Below are positions 26,831 to 41,727 of a stretch of DNA of 64,000 bases, piece by piece. The position numbers and the translations under genes were made by a program. A model generated the notes under the pieces. That model worked only from the letters and a program-made list of their open reading frames with translations, ran no database searches and was not told the DNA's origin. The number at the start of each line of letters is the position of its first letter. The first letter of the stretch is position 1. The stretch is from Octopus vulgaris (Eukaryota). The stretch spans positions 131,874,001 to 131,938,000 of the forward strand of contig OX597817.1 of NCBI GenBank assembly GCA_951406725.2, in the 5' to 3' direction.

Positions 26831-26936
26831 CATGTATGTATGTATGTATGTATGTATGTATGTATGTATGTATGTATGTATGTATGTATGTATCTACGTA
26901 TGTACGTATGTACGTATGTGTGTGTGTGCATGTATG

Positions 26937-27017
<81 letters not shown>

Positions 27018-27032
27018 TATTTAACTAACACA

Positions 27033-27250
27033 ATATGTGTTTTTATGTGCTACTTTCAGTTTCATCAGATGAAAGCATGCTAGGCAGTATCTTTATCTCG
27101 TCTGATGTCTCACGCAATCTTCAAGCGGTGTCTACAAAAGAAAAAAAATCGGCATTACCCGAAGATTGCACTGAGATACCAGACGTATTAAAAAGTACTA
27201 TATGGCATGCTTTCGTCGCATAAAACTAATAACAGCACGCAAAACCATAT
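27033..27250. repeat. ~220-bp imperfect palindrome (MITE-like or PLE-like)
   Basis: gatgaaagcatgc/gcatgctttcgtc, cgtctg/cagacg and gcaatcttc/gaagattgc are symmetric about ~27140. Confidence 0.7.
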
Positions 27251-27496
27251 ATTATATTTAATGAATAATATTTATCTCTCACCAGATGGTGTATATATTT
27301 TTCTGATCCTACCATCGCCTAACAATAGACTATATATTTATTCAATATCATCCGGGTTGTAACCTTACAACAATTATCTAAAAGTTCCTATAAATTTTAT
27401 TGGCTACCATACGCCATCATACAGCATGTTTATTGCATGAGCAGGGTAAACATGAGGAACAACGTTAGTTGATAGAATTTATATAAAAGTTGATCC

Positions 27497-27851
<355 letters not shown>

Positions 27852-28063
27852 TATATACATACACGCACGCTCTCTCTTACACAGACACATACACACACAC
27901 ACAAAGGCACGCACGCTCACACATATACACATGCCCGCACATACATACATATATATATATATATATACATACATACATACATATATATATATATACATAG
28001 ATACATATATATATATATATACATATATACATATATATATATAAATATCGACTTCATTCTCTC

Positions 28064-28111
<48 letters not shown>

Positions 28112-28122
28112 GCATATATGTA

Positions 28123-28178
<56 letters not shown>

Positions 28179-29460
28179 TATAATAAGGGAGAAAATAATG
28201 TAAAAGTGATATCTATCTGGACAAACGACTTTTTAATAAAAGTAATCGTATTCTTGCAGGAGAGATTGTTTGCGCATGTGCCGCCTGTAAGAGTGTGTAT
28301 GTGTGCCTGTGTCTATGTGCATCTGCGCGTGCATGTGTGTGTGTGTGCGGGTAAATGTGTGTTCTGTATTTGTTTCTACATTTCTGTATCAATGTATGCT
28401 TAAGTGTGTTTGTTTTCGCGTGCATGTTTGAGTATGTGTTGGTGTACATGAGTGTGTATGCGTAATACCGTTCGTGTTGATATGCCATCATATGGTATGA
28501 GATTACTAGAAATTACTAAACTGTACTAGAAATCAACGTGGCGGCTTATTGATATTTTCTCTTTTTTTCCGGCAACATCCTTCAAATATTCTGTTGTATT
28601 TGATTGCAACTGTGTATCGATTGGTATCGAAGGAAAACTGGCGTCAAGACACGTTCACATGAATCAAAGGCCATAGGAAATCATTACAACTGTATTGGCG
28701 GTCAATTATATCAGAACAATTGAAACGTTGTTTTTCTCATGTAAAAATGTCGGGAAAATGCAGCTGATTGAAATAAATCAATGAGATTTTTGCATCAGGC
28801 CTTATCAATCTGCAGAATTTCTTTGTACAAAATTATGATCTATCACATTCTAATAATCTACATATGCATACTAAAGGATCATTCCTTCGACAGGCACGAT
28901 GATCATCCTAACGCCCATCTGGCCCCTAATTTCAACTGTCTTACTATATGTCCTTCAATGAAGAAATAATCACTTATGTTGTGTATAATTGTCTCCTGAT
29001 GATTGTTTATATTTATTCAAGATATGTGCAGTTTTTTTTCCTTCTTCAAGGAATTCATATTCTCTTGGTTTGTTTCCAATGTGTATCTACCTTCCGAATG
29101 GTTTCTGAAAATCTCGTTCCACTTCGTTTCAAATCACAGATGAAAAATTCGAAGTTATTATTTTGGTAATGACCTTCACTAGATTATTCTAATCATTCGA
29201 ACATCCTTTCAGACAATATTGATGTGCCGAGAAAGGATGGGAATATTGCATACATACATACATACATACATACATACATAGATAAATACGTACGTACGCA
29301 TGTATATATATAATATATATATACACATATATATATACGTGTATATGTTTATATATATATTAAATAATATATAGTATATATATATATTATATAAAGTTAC
29401 ATATAGATGTATCTGTATGCATCTCTCTCTCTGTCTCTCTTTCTCTCTCTTTCTCTCTCA

Positions 29461-29505
<45 letters not shown>

Positions 29506-30214
29506 AACAGTGACACCATTAGTCGACTGATCCTTATTTTATCAACACCGAAAATATGAAAGGCAACTTCGACCCCGTCACACTTCGAACATGAAATCAA
29601 GTATCTACGAAATGACGATATGTAATAAGTCCCCTTGGACATTAATGTCTCGTGTTCGGGGATTCATAGGTCGGTCACCCGGTTTCCATAACGTCTAAAT
29701 GACCGAAGTGACAACTGTGCCTCTGAACGAGGCGCTGGTCTTTCGCAGAGTTATCAATTTACGACTGAGACGATTGGAACAACGTGGAAAATTTATACAG
29801 GAGATGAAACGGTTTTATTCAATAGATTCATATTCGTTTAAGTCACTCCTGCTGCTCTCTTGTCTTCTGATTGACTTGTGTTTATCCTAAGTGAGTTTTA
29901 AGGCACAATTGAAATACATGAAATTATTTCCATAGTAACCTGCATACACCTTCGTTCTCCTCTATTAAAGGCACTCAAATATGTAAACATGCACATACAT
30001 CAAAGTACTTATATGATGGTGAGGAGGAGACAATCACTCCGAAATGAATACATCCCTCAGTCTGGCTGGAGGGCACTTCAAAAGGCTTAAATAAGTTTAC
30101 ACCTATCTGTCTATAACGAGAAATTTTCTGCAGGACAAAATTACAGTATTAGGCATTCTTACGGATTCGAATATGCTCTAAGTTTATAGCAATGTAGCAA
30201 CACGCGAGCTGTGG

Positions 30215-30365
30215 GCGATCTGTTTTCCTTCGTTGAACTTTTCCTTTTCTCCTTTCCGACGAAGATCTATACGCGAAACATCAAACTCTCTTTTCACCGA
30301 GCGTCAAGCTAATAGATTTCTTATGCACGTCCCCTTGTCCGTTAAGCTTACTCGTTTATTTGAAC
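30215..30365 (+). mobile_element. Family H1 repeat, degenerate hammerhead
   Basis: tttCCGACGAagatctatacgcGAAACatcaaac...gagcgtcaagctaata. Confidence 0.6.
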
Positions 30366-30387
30366 TGTCTCTCTCTCTCTCTCTCTC

Positions 30388-30446
<59 letters not shown>

Positions 30447-31056
30447 ATACATAAGCTGTTGGTTATGCTAATATTATTTCTGTTACCATATTTGTTCCCC
30501 TCCATACATGCACCGCCGATTCCTTTTAACAGCTTATTCTGTGTTTGGTAAATATTGGTTCAATTTAAATCTTCCCTTCCATTTCCTCCGTAGATTCCAG
30601 TTTGTTATAGAATCTATGCCTGTTATGCCTCCTCTGTGACACATCAGTTAATATTTACCGATTTACTTTCTTGCTTTAGAATCAATCCCAGATTGCATCA
30701 TTCCCAGATGAACCACCTGATCCTATATCTGCTTTCTATATTAGACTTTCTGCTTCATATGCATTTCTTTGATTTTCACATTATTACATATTTATTTATA
30801 GATAATGCATTTCATATTTCAGATGTAGGCTTGTAGAATCGTTAGATGTTTGATTAAAATACCTTGTGGTATTTAGATATGGATTTTTATGTTTTCAGGT
30901 TTGGAGATGAAAATCCCATCGAGGTCAACTGTATAATTCATTCTTTCATTGTCGATGTAACGGAGTACCAGTTACCTACTGGTGATCGACCGGAACGATT
31001 AAAATGCTTCCTTTAAACTTGCTGCCCTTTTCCTGTCTTATATTTCTTTTCTTATA

Positions 31057-31455
31057 AGGCAGCGAGCTGGCGGAAACGTTAGCACGCCGGGCAAGATGCT
31101 TAGCGGTATTTCGTCTGCCGTTATGTTCTGAGTTCAAATTCCGCCGAGGTCGAGTTTGCCTTTCATCCTTTCGGGGTCGATTAAATAAGTGCCAGTTAAG
31201 CACTGGGGTCGATATAATCAACTTAATCCGTTTGTCTGTCCTTGTTTGTCCTCTCTGTGTTTAGCCTCCTGTGGGTAGCAAAGAAATAGTTATTTCGTCT
31301 GTCTTTACTTTCCGAGTTCAAATTTTGCCAAGGTCGATTTTGCTTTTCATCCTTTCGAGGTCGATAAATTAAGTACCAGTTGGTTACTGGTGTCGATCTA
31401 ATCGACTGACTCCCTCCCACCAAAATTTGGGGTCTCGTGCCTAGCTTAGAAAAAA
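31057..31455 (+). mobile_element. SINE family A dimer (full unit plus headless unit)
   Basis: Full copy 31057-31288; second unit starts at tatttcgtctg ~31290. Confidence 0.88.
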
Positions 31456-31518
31456 AATTCTTATGTTCGGTATTTGCTTGCGGTCATACTGTAGCAGCGC
31501 CTCCCAATTACAGGTTTT

Positions 31519-31635
31519 GCTTACAGCACGTAGGCTTCACATGTGATTCTCCAACTAGGCGCCACCAACGCTGGACGCTTCTTAATTTCGCTGAACAGAC
31601 GAGAGCGTATGTTCTAAATCAATCACTGTACATTT
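31519..31635 (-). pseudogene. Degenerate 5S rRNA-derived sequence
   Basis: Minus strand ctctcgtctgttcagcgaaattaagaagcgtc...gtgctgtaagc resembles 5S atctcgtctgatctcggaagctaagcagggtc...gtgctgtaggc, with about the right spacing. Confidence 0.6.
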
Positions 31636-31779
31636 ATATATGTGTATGTATGCGTGTACATGTGTGCATGTTTGTGCCTCTGTGTGTATGTGTTTGTGCC
31701 TCTGAGTGCGTGTGCCTGTGTGTGTGTGTGCGTGCGCTTTTGTAAGTATATATATATATATATATGTTTACGTATGTTC

Positions 31780-31990
31780 TTTCATTCTTTTATTCTTTAA
31801 CTTGTTTCTGTCAGTTGACTGCGGCCATGCTGGGGCACCGCCTTTAGTCGAACGAATAGACCCCATTACTTATTCTTTGTAAGCCTAGTACTTACTGTAA
31901 CGGTCTCTTTTCCAGAACCGCTAAATTATCGGGGGTGGAAACACCAACATCCGTTGTCAAGCGATGTTGGTGGGGGGACAAACACAGACA
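31780..31990 (-). mobile_element. SINE family B 3' half
   Basis: gactgcggccatgctggggcaccgcctttagtcgaac...gtcaagcgatgttgg...gacaaacacagacac. Confidence 0.8.
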
Positions 31991-32060
31991 CGCAAAATAA
32001 ACAAACACACATATATACATACATACGTATACATTTATATATATATATGCATGCATACTA

Positions 32061-32154
<94 letters not shown>

Positions 32155-32159
<5 letters not shown>

Positions 32160-32740
32160 GAATTAGAGATAAAACCACTATTATGCAACTCAAATGTGAT
32201 AGACATAAACCAATACATAAATAACAAATAATATATATATATATAAATCTTTTAAATATATAACTTATAGCTAGACCTCAAAAAGTATAAAATGAATGAT
32301 GAATATATACTATAAAAAGAAAAATCACTACGTATGTTTCATGGTTACAATAAAATTCGAATTACAATTAAGTTTAGATTCAACTGAAATAAATTTGAAT
32401 TAAAATTATAGTCCATCTTCACGTTAATGATAAGTGTTAACTAAATAAGCAAATAGAGTTAAATAATATTTAATTAAGAAATAAATAAAATAAAATTTTT
32501 TCTTATAGAAAAAACTCCATTAACTAAATTAGAAACTTAAAACATTAGATTATTTCCTACAACACGTTTATTATGATGAATATTTAATTTTTAAGGTAAA
32601 AAAATAGATAGAAATATGTATTTATTTTTGAAGATATAATGTGGCTTTAAAAAACATTGATTTTATACTTTTTGTGATCTAGTTATAAGTTATATATTAA
32701 AAATATAAATAAAAATAAAAAATTAAAAAAAAAGATTATA
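32155..32740. mobile_element. AT-rich inverted-repeat insertion with long-stem-II hammerhead remnant
   Basis: Arms ~32247-32300 and ~32655-32703; minus strand gTGAAGATGG...CCATGAAACatacGTA at 32330-32422. Confidence 0.55.
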
Positions 32741-32744
32741 TATA

Positions 32745-32930
32745 ATGGAGCCACCTCTATGAACACACAAAGAGTGAGTGGTGTTCCACAGGGCATTGTC
32801 TTGGGAGCACTGCTTTTTATAGTGGCCCTCTCAGATATGCCCTCAAATGCCCGGATAGCCACTCTGGCAAGCTATGCAGATGATACGAAAGTCTCACAGA
32901 AAATATAGAACCCCAGCGATGTTGCACACG
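32745..32930 (+). mobile_element. LINE RT fragment
   Basis: SGVPQGIVLGALLFIVALSDMP...SYADDTKV (PQG and YADD motifs). Confidence 0.85.
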
Positions 32931-33589
32931 ATATTACAATTAATAGTAATGATAATAAGATGAATAGTATCGTGGCCAATGCTAGGAACAATATTTACAC
33001 CTATCATAACAATAAAAACTCTGTCTTAGTATCGGATGTTAACCCCAACAGATTAAAGTTCCTATCCAAAAATTCCAAAATTAGAAACACCTTTCTTTTA
33101 TACTTTCAAAGAACTACTACCCAATCCAGTGAGGTATTTGTTACCTTTGTCTCTATACCTCGCCCTCCTCTTTCTCTCTCTTTCTCTCTCTCTTTCCCTC
33201 TATCTATAGTAAGCACGATCAAACACACAGACACAAACCGTTCACCTCACCACTGTCTGTTTTCTGACATCCACCCATCCACAAACACAGTCACGCATAC
33301 ACATACACACAGACATTAATGCAGTTATATACAGTCACACACACAGGCACTCATTCACAAAAGAAAATTCACCATTCATTTGAACTGCACCCTTTCACCT
33401 TCCTATTCTTATGCCTATCTTCTCCTACTTCGTTTAAACCCTTGCACCTTTAGAACCTTCTAGAATTTTCTACATCCAACCCTTTTGACGTCACTCCTTA
33501 TAAAGGAATTTTTTAAAGAGACACTCATTATCGGTATGGCTCCGTGTGAGCAGTCATCTAAAAGTTTTTTGTGCATCTTGATGTTGACA

Positions 33590-33695
33590 TAAGTTCCTTG
33601 CTTTTACTGATGAGAAAGCGGCATAATATACTCCTTATTCCTTCGCAATTAGGAATATGCAGCCTTCGAAACATATGTCAAAAATAAAGGAATTT
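33590..33695 (+). ncRNA. Type I hammerhead ribozyme motif (PLE-type)
   Basis: CTGATGA-gaaagcggcata...tatgcagccttc-GAAAC-atat-GTC; palindromic stem III ACATATGT; GUC cleavage triplet; flanks ttcctt/aaggaa. Confidence 0.7.
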
Positions 33696-33728
33696 TGTTA
33701 ATTCGTCGTTCAACTCCATTCTTTCATA

Positions 33729-33812
<84 letters not shown>

Positions 33813-33818
<6 letters not shown>

Positions 33819-34251
33819 GATAAAACTTTTCGAAAAATATTCTATCAATGGCCAGCATATTGAAAAATACCTTTAAAGGTTAAATATATAAACAAGGGCA
33901 AAAGAATAAAATTCTAATTCCAAATATGCCTTGTCTCGAGGTGATCTGGAGAATTTCTATTTTGGATATATTTTGTGTACTTAATTGTGCACATGACTTA
34001 GTGTTTGCTTCTTCCATGTGTATAAGTGAGTATTTCATTTATTTCTTACCGTATTTATCACTGACGAGAACATTCTTATGAATTAACTCTGAAATTGGCG
34101 CCGATATGATAATAACGGAATTTTTTAGAAATTCCTGTCGGCTTACTTCGAGACGCGTGCTTATAGTGATGAATTATATGGTTATTGACGATGTGTCTAT
34201 TTTCAGCATTTTGGCATTAGAAATGTTTTCTTTTGCCCTTGTTTATAAGTT

Positions 34252-34255
<4 letters not shown>
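33813..34255. mobile_element. Inverted-repeat insertion between two (TA)n tracts with degenerate hammerhead
   Basis: Arms ~33887-33924 and ~34210-34248; CTGACGA-gaa...ttc-GAgAC-gc-GT at 34061-34158 with tcac/gtga stem I. Confidence 0.6.
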
Positions 34256-34294
<39 letters not shown>

Positions 34295-34425
34295 ACGAGC
34301 TTCTTTCAGTTTCCGTCTACCAAATCCACTACCAAGACTATAGTTGGCCCGAGGATATGGTAGAAGAGACTTCCGCAAGGTGACACGCAGTGGGACTGAA
34401 CACGGAACCATGTGGTTGGGTAGCA

Positions 34426-34460
<35 letters not shown>

Positions 34461-36204
34461 AATGTAAATGAGGCTTGTTATTTAGATCTTTATTATTCCA
34501 AGCTGCGAAAATAGGTGCCCACTGGTCTAACAATAAAATTAAGAATTCGGTCCCACCACATGATACCTTGGGCAAGTCTTTTTACTACAGCTTCGGATCT
34601 ACCTAAGCCTTGTGTGTGGATTTGCATACACACACACACATTTCCATGCATGTGTATGTGTGTAATTTTTTGTTTTTGTGTTTGTGTTTGTTCTCCATCA
34701 ACACTAGACTACTGGTATTCACATCTCTGAAACTTAGCGGTTCGCGTGAAAGACCGATAGAATAAGTACCAGGCTTTAAAAAAATGTAGAACGGTCGATT
34801 CATTCGACAACAAATTCTTCAAAGCTTCGCTTCAGTATGGCCGCAGTCTAACGATTGAAAGAAGTAACAGGTAGAAGCTAGAAAGAATACACGAGGGTCT
34901 GTATATCTTTATTTATTCACAACTCATGGCTGTATTTATGTTCTGCTATATCGCTTTCGTAGTTTGCTTTCCTTATTTCTTTCTCCCTATTAAATCACAT
35001 GCATCAACAACACATGACTGATAAATAGGCTGTGTTCTGTTGACTTTATCCATCCTCCATCTTAATAATACTGATTTTAACATTGTCGAATGCTAAGCTA
35101 TTCAGTTATAACATCAAAGATGAAGAAATTTGTTATCAGCAAGAGAAATCGTTTTGAAGTAAACAAAATAATAAAAATCAACAACTTATGCGTTTTGCTT
35201 TTGTCTTTTATCCCATATTTACTTCCTGATTTCTTTACAATATCGTCCTCATGCAGAACGCATATCAATCGTTTGATATCTGAAGGCATTTTGCCTGATA
35301 ATCTTCTATTTTCAAAGACGGGTTAATATATAGATCTTCTCTTACGATAACTCTATCAATGCACAGTAAACACAACCAGCAACCAGTTGGTTTTGATCGT
35401 AGCATACCTCCTTTTTGATTCTTGAATTTAACAGTCATCATGACCTTTCATAGAAGAAACGCTGGAATAAATTGAGCGTGCTTATGTATTAAAAAAAAAA
35501 TTCCTATCGTTGTTTTCGAGTACATTTCGGTTTTTTTTCCTTGATACCCACATTAAGTGAAGAATATTAACTGAAGAATATTCAAATTTTACATTGCTTC
35601 ATTCTAATTTCCATGTGTGCTAATGTCTCTTCGGAAATTTTCTGTTATGTTGGCAACACGATTTTGGATTCTATTTATCCGGTTTCCCGAATGCGAAAAA
35701 ATATTTATTCAAATTCTTAATATCTTTTTACATGTGATAATCGCTATGCGTACGTGAGAATCCTTTTCCACCAAAACATTCTCTTCTATTTTGCATTTTT
35801 GTTTGTATACATTCTTCTTTATCCCCACGCGTTGCACACAAATATATGCAATATAAAATAAAGGGAAACTATTTACATATTATAATTCCGATACTCCGAC
35901 TCGCAACATTAAACGCATTTTAGCTTCTATCATTGAAGAAACTGACGAGCCTTAACGGGATTCAGCAGATACATATTTATGGAACAGTAGAAGGAAAAAA
36001 GAATAAACTGAAGGGTGTTTTCTAATAAGAGAGCATAAATGGAGAAATCCTATTGAAGCCGTTAGAAGCTGCCGCATTAAATTTCAGTCTCTAGCCACGG
36101 AGAGGTTAGAATCACATTCGGGAATCTGAATTTTGTTTATGTCGAGGAATATTGGCTTGTTTTAGGAGCAGTGTATAAATATATACACACGTATTATAAA
36201 CGAC

Positions 36205-36405
36205 ATAGGCGTGGGTGTATAGCGAGAAGTTAGTTTCACAACTACATGGTTACGGGTTCAGTCCCAATGCGTGGCAACTTGACGAGTGTCTCCAACTACA
36301 GCCTCGGGTCGACGAAAACCTTTTGAGTGGATTTTTGGTGAACGGAAACTGAAAGAAGCCTATCGTACAAACGTACATAGTTATATATGTATACACATAC
36401 ATATA

Positions 36406-36457
<52 letters not shown>

Positions 36458-36760
36458 CATACATACATACATACATACATACATACATACATACATACAT
36501 ACATACATACAAGCATACATACATTCATAAACAGAGATATCAATGTCTGTGTCTCTGTATTTTTGTCTGGCCGTCTCACTAACTGCTTGACCACAGGTGT
36601 CGGTGTGTTTGTGTCCCTGTAATCTAGCAATCCGGTAGAGTCCCATAGAATAAGTACCATGTTTCAAAAGAAAAAATGAAGGCACATCCAAAGTACTGTG
36701 GGTGATTGATCTGTCTAAAATTCTTCAAGGCCGTGCTCCAGTTGAACGACTGGAAGCATG
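36205..36760 (+). mobile_element. SINE family B with internal (TA)/(ATAC) tract
   Basis: Head ggttacgggttcagtccca...cggaaactgaaagaagcc, microsatellite, then tail gcttgaccacaggtgtcggtgtgttt...agaataagtacc. Confidence 0.8.
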
Positions 36761-37043
36761 AGATAACAGAGAAAAAGATATTATTTAGTGTAAAGACTGA
36801 AATGACTTATATCAACGAATAGGAATGGTGTTTATTGAATTTTTACGAAGATCATCAATTCTTATATATATCTATCTTTTACTTATTTCGGTCATTGGAT
36901 TGCAGCCATGCTGGAGCACTAACCCCCCACCGGTGCTTATTTCTTAAGTCTGTTAAGTTTTCTATCGGGCTCTTGCAGAACGGCGGCGTAATCACCTCAT
37001 CACCGGTGAACAAGAAGTGGTTTCGTCGATCAGAAACACTCGC

Positions 37044-37110
<67 letters not shown>

Positions 37111-37165
37111 ACATATATGCGTACACAAAAACAGACAAACCCACACATATAAATACACACACACA

Positions 37166-37202
<37 letters not shown>

Positions 37203-37306
37203 TGTGTGTGTGTGTATTTATATGTGTGGGTTTATCTGTTTTTGTGTACGCATATATGCTACTTTTTATTATTTGCCTTATATATGTGTGTGTGTGTTGC
37301 TATTTT

Positions 37307-37702
37307 ACACACTTCAATCATTTCCCTTCGGCCATGCAAGAGCACTGCGTTTAGTCGAACAAATCGACCCTACAGCTTATTCTGTGTAAGCTTCGGAAAG
37401 TATCGGAGGGGGAGGACATAAACATGCCAGAATCGGTTGCCAAGTGATGGAGTAGGGTACAAGCACAGACACAACGATACACACACACGCACTCACACAC
37501 ACACACACACGCGCAAACACACATACACACACACACATATATACATGACGGGCTTCTTTCAGTTTCCGTCTACCAAATCTACTCACAAAGCTTTGGTCGG
37601 CCCGAGATTATAGTAGAAGACACTTGCCCATAGTGCCACGCAGTGGGGCTGAACCCGGAACCATGTGGTTGTGAAGCAAGCTTTTTACTACACAGCCGCG
37701 CC
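37307..37702 (-). mobile_element. SINE family B, full length
   Basis: tRNA-like head (ggctgtgtagtaa...ggttccgggttcagcccc), CORE-like gtggcactatgggcaagtg, internal (CA)n and tail. Confidence 0.85.
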
Positions 37703-37730
37703 TATATATACATATGCATATACACACACA

Positions 37731-37790
<60 letters not shown>

Positions 37791-38412
37791 CATATATACA
37801 TATATATATATATACATGCATATATATATACATGCATATATATACATATATATATATACATGCATATATATATATATATATCGTGTGTTTACGTATTTTT
37901 CATTCGTTGGTGATGTCCTGTGCGCAATGTATGTATACACACACATATATATATATATATATAAAACAAGGGATTCCGCTTCCTTCAGTTTCTGTCTACA
38001 AAATTCGCTCACAAATATTTGGTTGTTTGGGTCTGCCGTTGAAGGCAGTCGCTCATAGGGGCCAGGCTGTGGCATTGAACTTCAAACTATGCCGTTGGGA
38101 AGCAAGCATCTTACCAAGCGGCTATGCCAGTAAGAACAATTGAAATATTAGTTTAAAACAACGACTGCCATTTAGCTCGAGGCTAAAGTGACCTTTGCTA
38201 TGGTTACCTGTTCTAAATTACTGGCATGGTTAATGGGCTTATTTTAATTCTAATTAAAATATTTCTCGATCGATTTCTAAATATAGACTAATCTTCTTCT
38301 ATAATCAATCAACAATGTATCTATTGCTTTGCTAGTCAACATCTACACTTTCTCTCTTACACCAATAAACACAATATACATACATGCATACATACAAACA
38401 AACACATACACA

Positions 38413-38445
<33 letters not shown>

Positions 38446-38711
38446 GTATATATATATATATATATATATATGCGTATGTGCGTGCGTATACATGTATGTG
38501 TGTGCACTTGCGTGTGCGTGTGTGTGTGTGTAATGCAGGCTTTAAAATGATATTTGATTTCTTTAAAAGTAATCTCAGGATTGGATTTAGAAAGAAAATT
38601 GGTAAAAATGGAAATACTTCTGACGCGATGACTCATGAAGATGTTATCAGATTATTAGCTAATAACATTTAGCACAGTAAATCGAAACGATTACTGCTGC
38701 TGCTGCTGCTG

Positions 38712-38778
<67 letters not shown>

Positions 38779-38887
38779 AACAACAATTATGTAAAATAAT
38801 CGTTACTATGATATCGAGTACTCTGACAGTCAAAAACAAACGGATATATATGTGTGTATGTATATTTTATATATATATATATATACT

Positions 38888-39111
38888 CTTTTACGCTTTT
38901 ACTTGTTTCAGTCATTTGACTGTGGCCATGCTGGAGCACCGCCTTTAATCGAGCAAATCGACCCCAGGACTTATTCTTTTTTAAGCCTAGTACTTATTTT
39001 ATCGGTCTCTTTTACCGAACCGCAACGTTCCAGAGAGACGTAAACACACCAGCATCGGTTATCAAGCGATGTTGGGGACAAACACAGAAACTCAAATACA
39101 CACACACACAC

Positions 39112-39188
<77 letters not shown>

Positions 39189-39197
39189 CACATACAT

Positions 39198-39238
<41 letters not shown>

Positions 39239-39395
39239 TACATGCATATATACGACGGGCTTCTTTCAGTTTCCGTCCACAAAATCCACTCTCAAGGTTT
39301 TGGTCGACCCGAGGCTATAGTGGAAGACACTTGACCAAGGTACCAAGCAGTTGGATTGAACCCGGAATCAAGCTATTTACCATACAGTCACTCCT
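38888..39395 (-). mobile_element. SINE family B, full length with expanded internal microsatellite
   Basis: Tail 38888-39095, (CA)/(TA) tract 39097-39252, head 39253-39395. Confidence 0.88.
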
Positions 39396-39409
39396 ATGCA
39401 TATATATAT

Positions 39410-40700
39410 TTATACTGAAGAAAAAAGTTGGGGCATCATGTGGGAAGTGATAAGGGAAAACTGCACCACTTGCTATTCATGGACCACTGGAAGTGAGAAA
39501 GAACTGGACAGCCTAATCTAGTCGGTGCGGATTTTCTCGTATGATATCAAGATAGAGTTTAGTCTCCCAAAATGTTATACGATGGCGATAAGACGAAGAA
39601 AGCTTGTCAGGACAGTATGCACATGTATGCCAAGTGGTGAAATGATGAAGGCAATTGAATCGAAATCAGGTTATAAATATCTGAGAATGTTTGAGGCAGG
39701 TGGAATTAAAGACAACAATATGAAAGAAAAGACAAAGAAAGTGTACCTGCGGCAACTGAGAAAAATCCTGGCTTCAAAGCTGAGTGCAAAAAGCATAATT
39801 TCGGCGATAAACGTGCGCGCAGTCCAGTAAGGCTCTGGGATCCTGAAGTGGACAGAAGAGGAGCTAAAGTTGCAGAGAAAGACGAGAAAGCTTCAAATGA
39901 TGCATGAAACCCATCTTCCACGTGAAGGCACTGATCGCCTTTACATGAAGAGAGCAAGTGGACGAAGGGGATTGACATGTGTGGAACACTGAGTATGTAT
40001 CGAACTCAGTCCAAAGTAAGAAAACCTTGCTAGTGTCAGGAATGAGAGAGTACTGGAAGAAGAGAATTAAGGAGAAGCGAAGGAAGAAGTATAAGAAGGT
40101 CATGCAGAAGCATTGCGCAACAAAGGACGACACAGTCAATTCCATTTCGCCACAACTGAAGTTGCTGGAAAAAATGGGTGGGCTTGGCTGAAGAAAGGAA
40201 CATTGAAAAAAGAGACAAAAAACAACATGCTGGCAGCGCAAGACCAAGATTTGGCCACGAATCAGAGGGTCAACCTTAGAAATGAGAGAGTGTATACACT
40301 GTCCACTGCGTCTGTAATAGAGTCGCCCATATCGCGAATGAATGCCATAAAGACGATGAGGTAGCGAAAGTGCTACATTAGAAACTGTACGAAAAGTGAG
40401 GGCTAGAGAGATGCAAGACGTGATATGAACACAAACCGTGGAGAAATATGGAGTCAGAGACTTGAAAACTCCACAGGTCATGTACTAGAGCGTAACAGAC
40501 CGGATCTAATAGTAGTCGACAAGTTGCACCCCATATGCTATATAGTTGATGTTGCATGCGCGTTTGACCCACGAATAGTGTAGAGGGAAGGCGAGAAAAT
40601 AGACATATACAATCCTCTCATGTACGAAATAGCCCGGCTTTGGAAAATGAAGTTGGTGCTCTACGCATGCAAAACTTTGGGAGTTCCAACAACACCTGAA
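39410..40700 (+). mobile_element. Degenerate R4/Dong-type LINE (RT end to RLE)
   Basis: VRIFSYDIKIEFSLPKC, YKYLR, KVYLRQLRKILASKLS..AIN, WAWLKKGTLKKET..LAAQDQ, RPDLIV. Confidence 0.85.
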
Positions 40701-40729
40701 ATAAAATAAAATAAATAATAACATTTTCT

Positions 40730-41010
40730 ACTGAAGGCACACGGTTTGAAATGTGTGGGTGGTGATGGGGGTTGGGGAATAGTCGATTCCACTGTTCCAC
40801 TGGTACTTAGTTTATCGATGCCGAAAGGATGAAAGGCAAAGTCGGCCTCGTCGGAATTTGAACTCAGAAAGTAAAGACATGAAATACCGCTAAGTATTTC
40901 GCTCGACATGATAAACATTCTGCCTTTGTCTTACCGCCTTTGTCAGCTGACCGCTTTTGATAGATCACAGGTTTTAACAGCACTCCGCCATTACCAGCTC
41001 GCCGCCTATG
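40730..41010 (-). mobile_element. SINE family A
   Basis: ggtacttagtttatcgatgccgaaaggatgaaaggcaaagtc...gaatttgaactcag...ccagctcgccgcct. Confidence 0.8.
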
Positions 41011-41024
41011 CCATTCCCCGCCTC

Positions 41025-41671
<647 letters not shown>

Positions 41672-41677
41672 AATAAT

Positions 41678-41725
<48 letters not shown>

Positions 41726-41727
<2 letters not shown>

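Noticed and set aside
35941-36090. CTGACGA with long-range stem (taacggattca/tgaagccgtta)
   Set aside because: No GAAA after the stem; too decayed to call a hammerhead.
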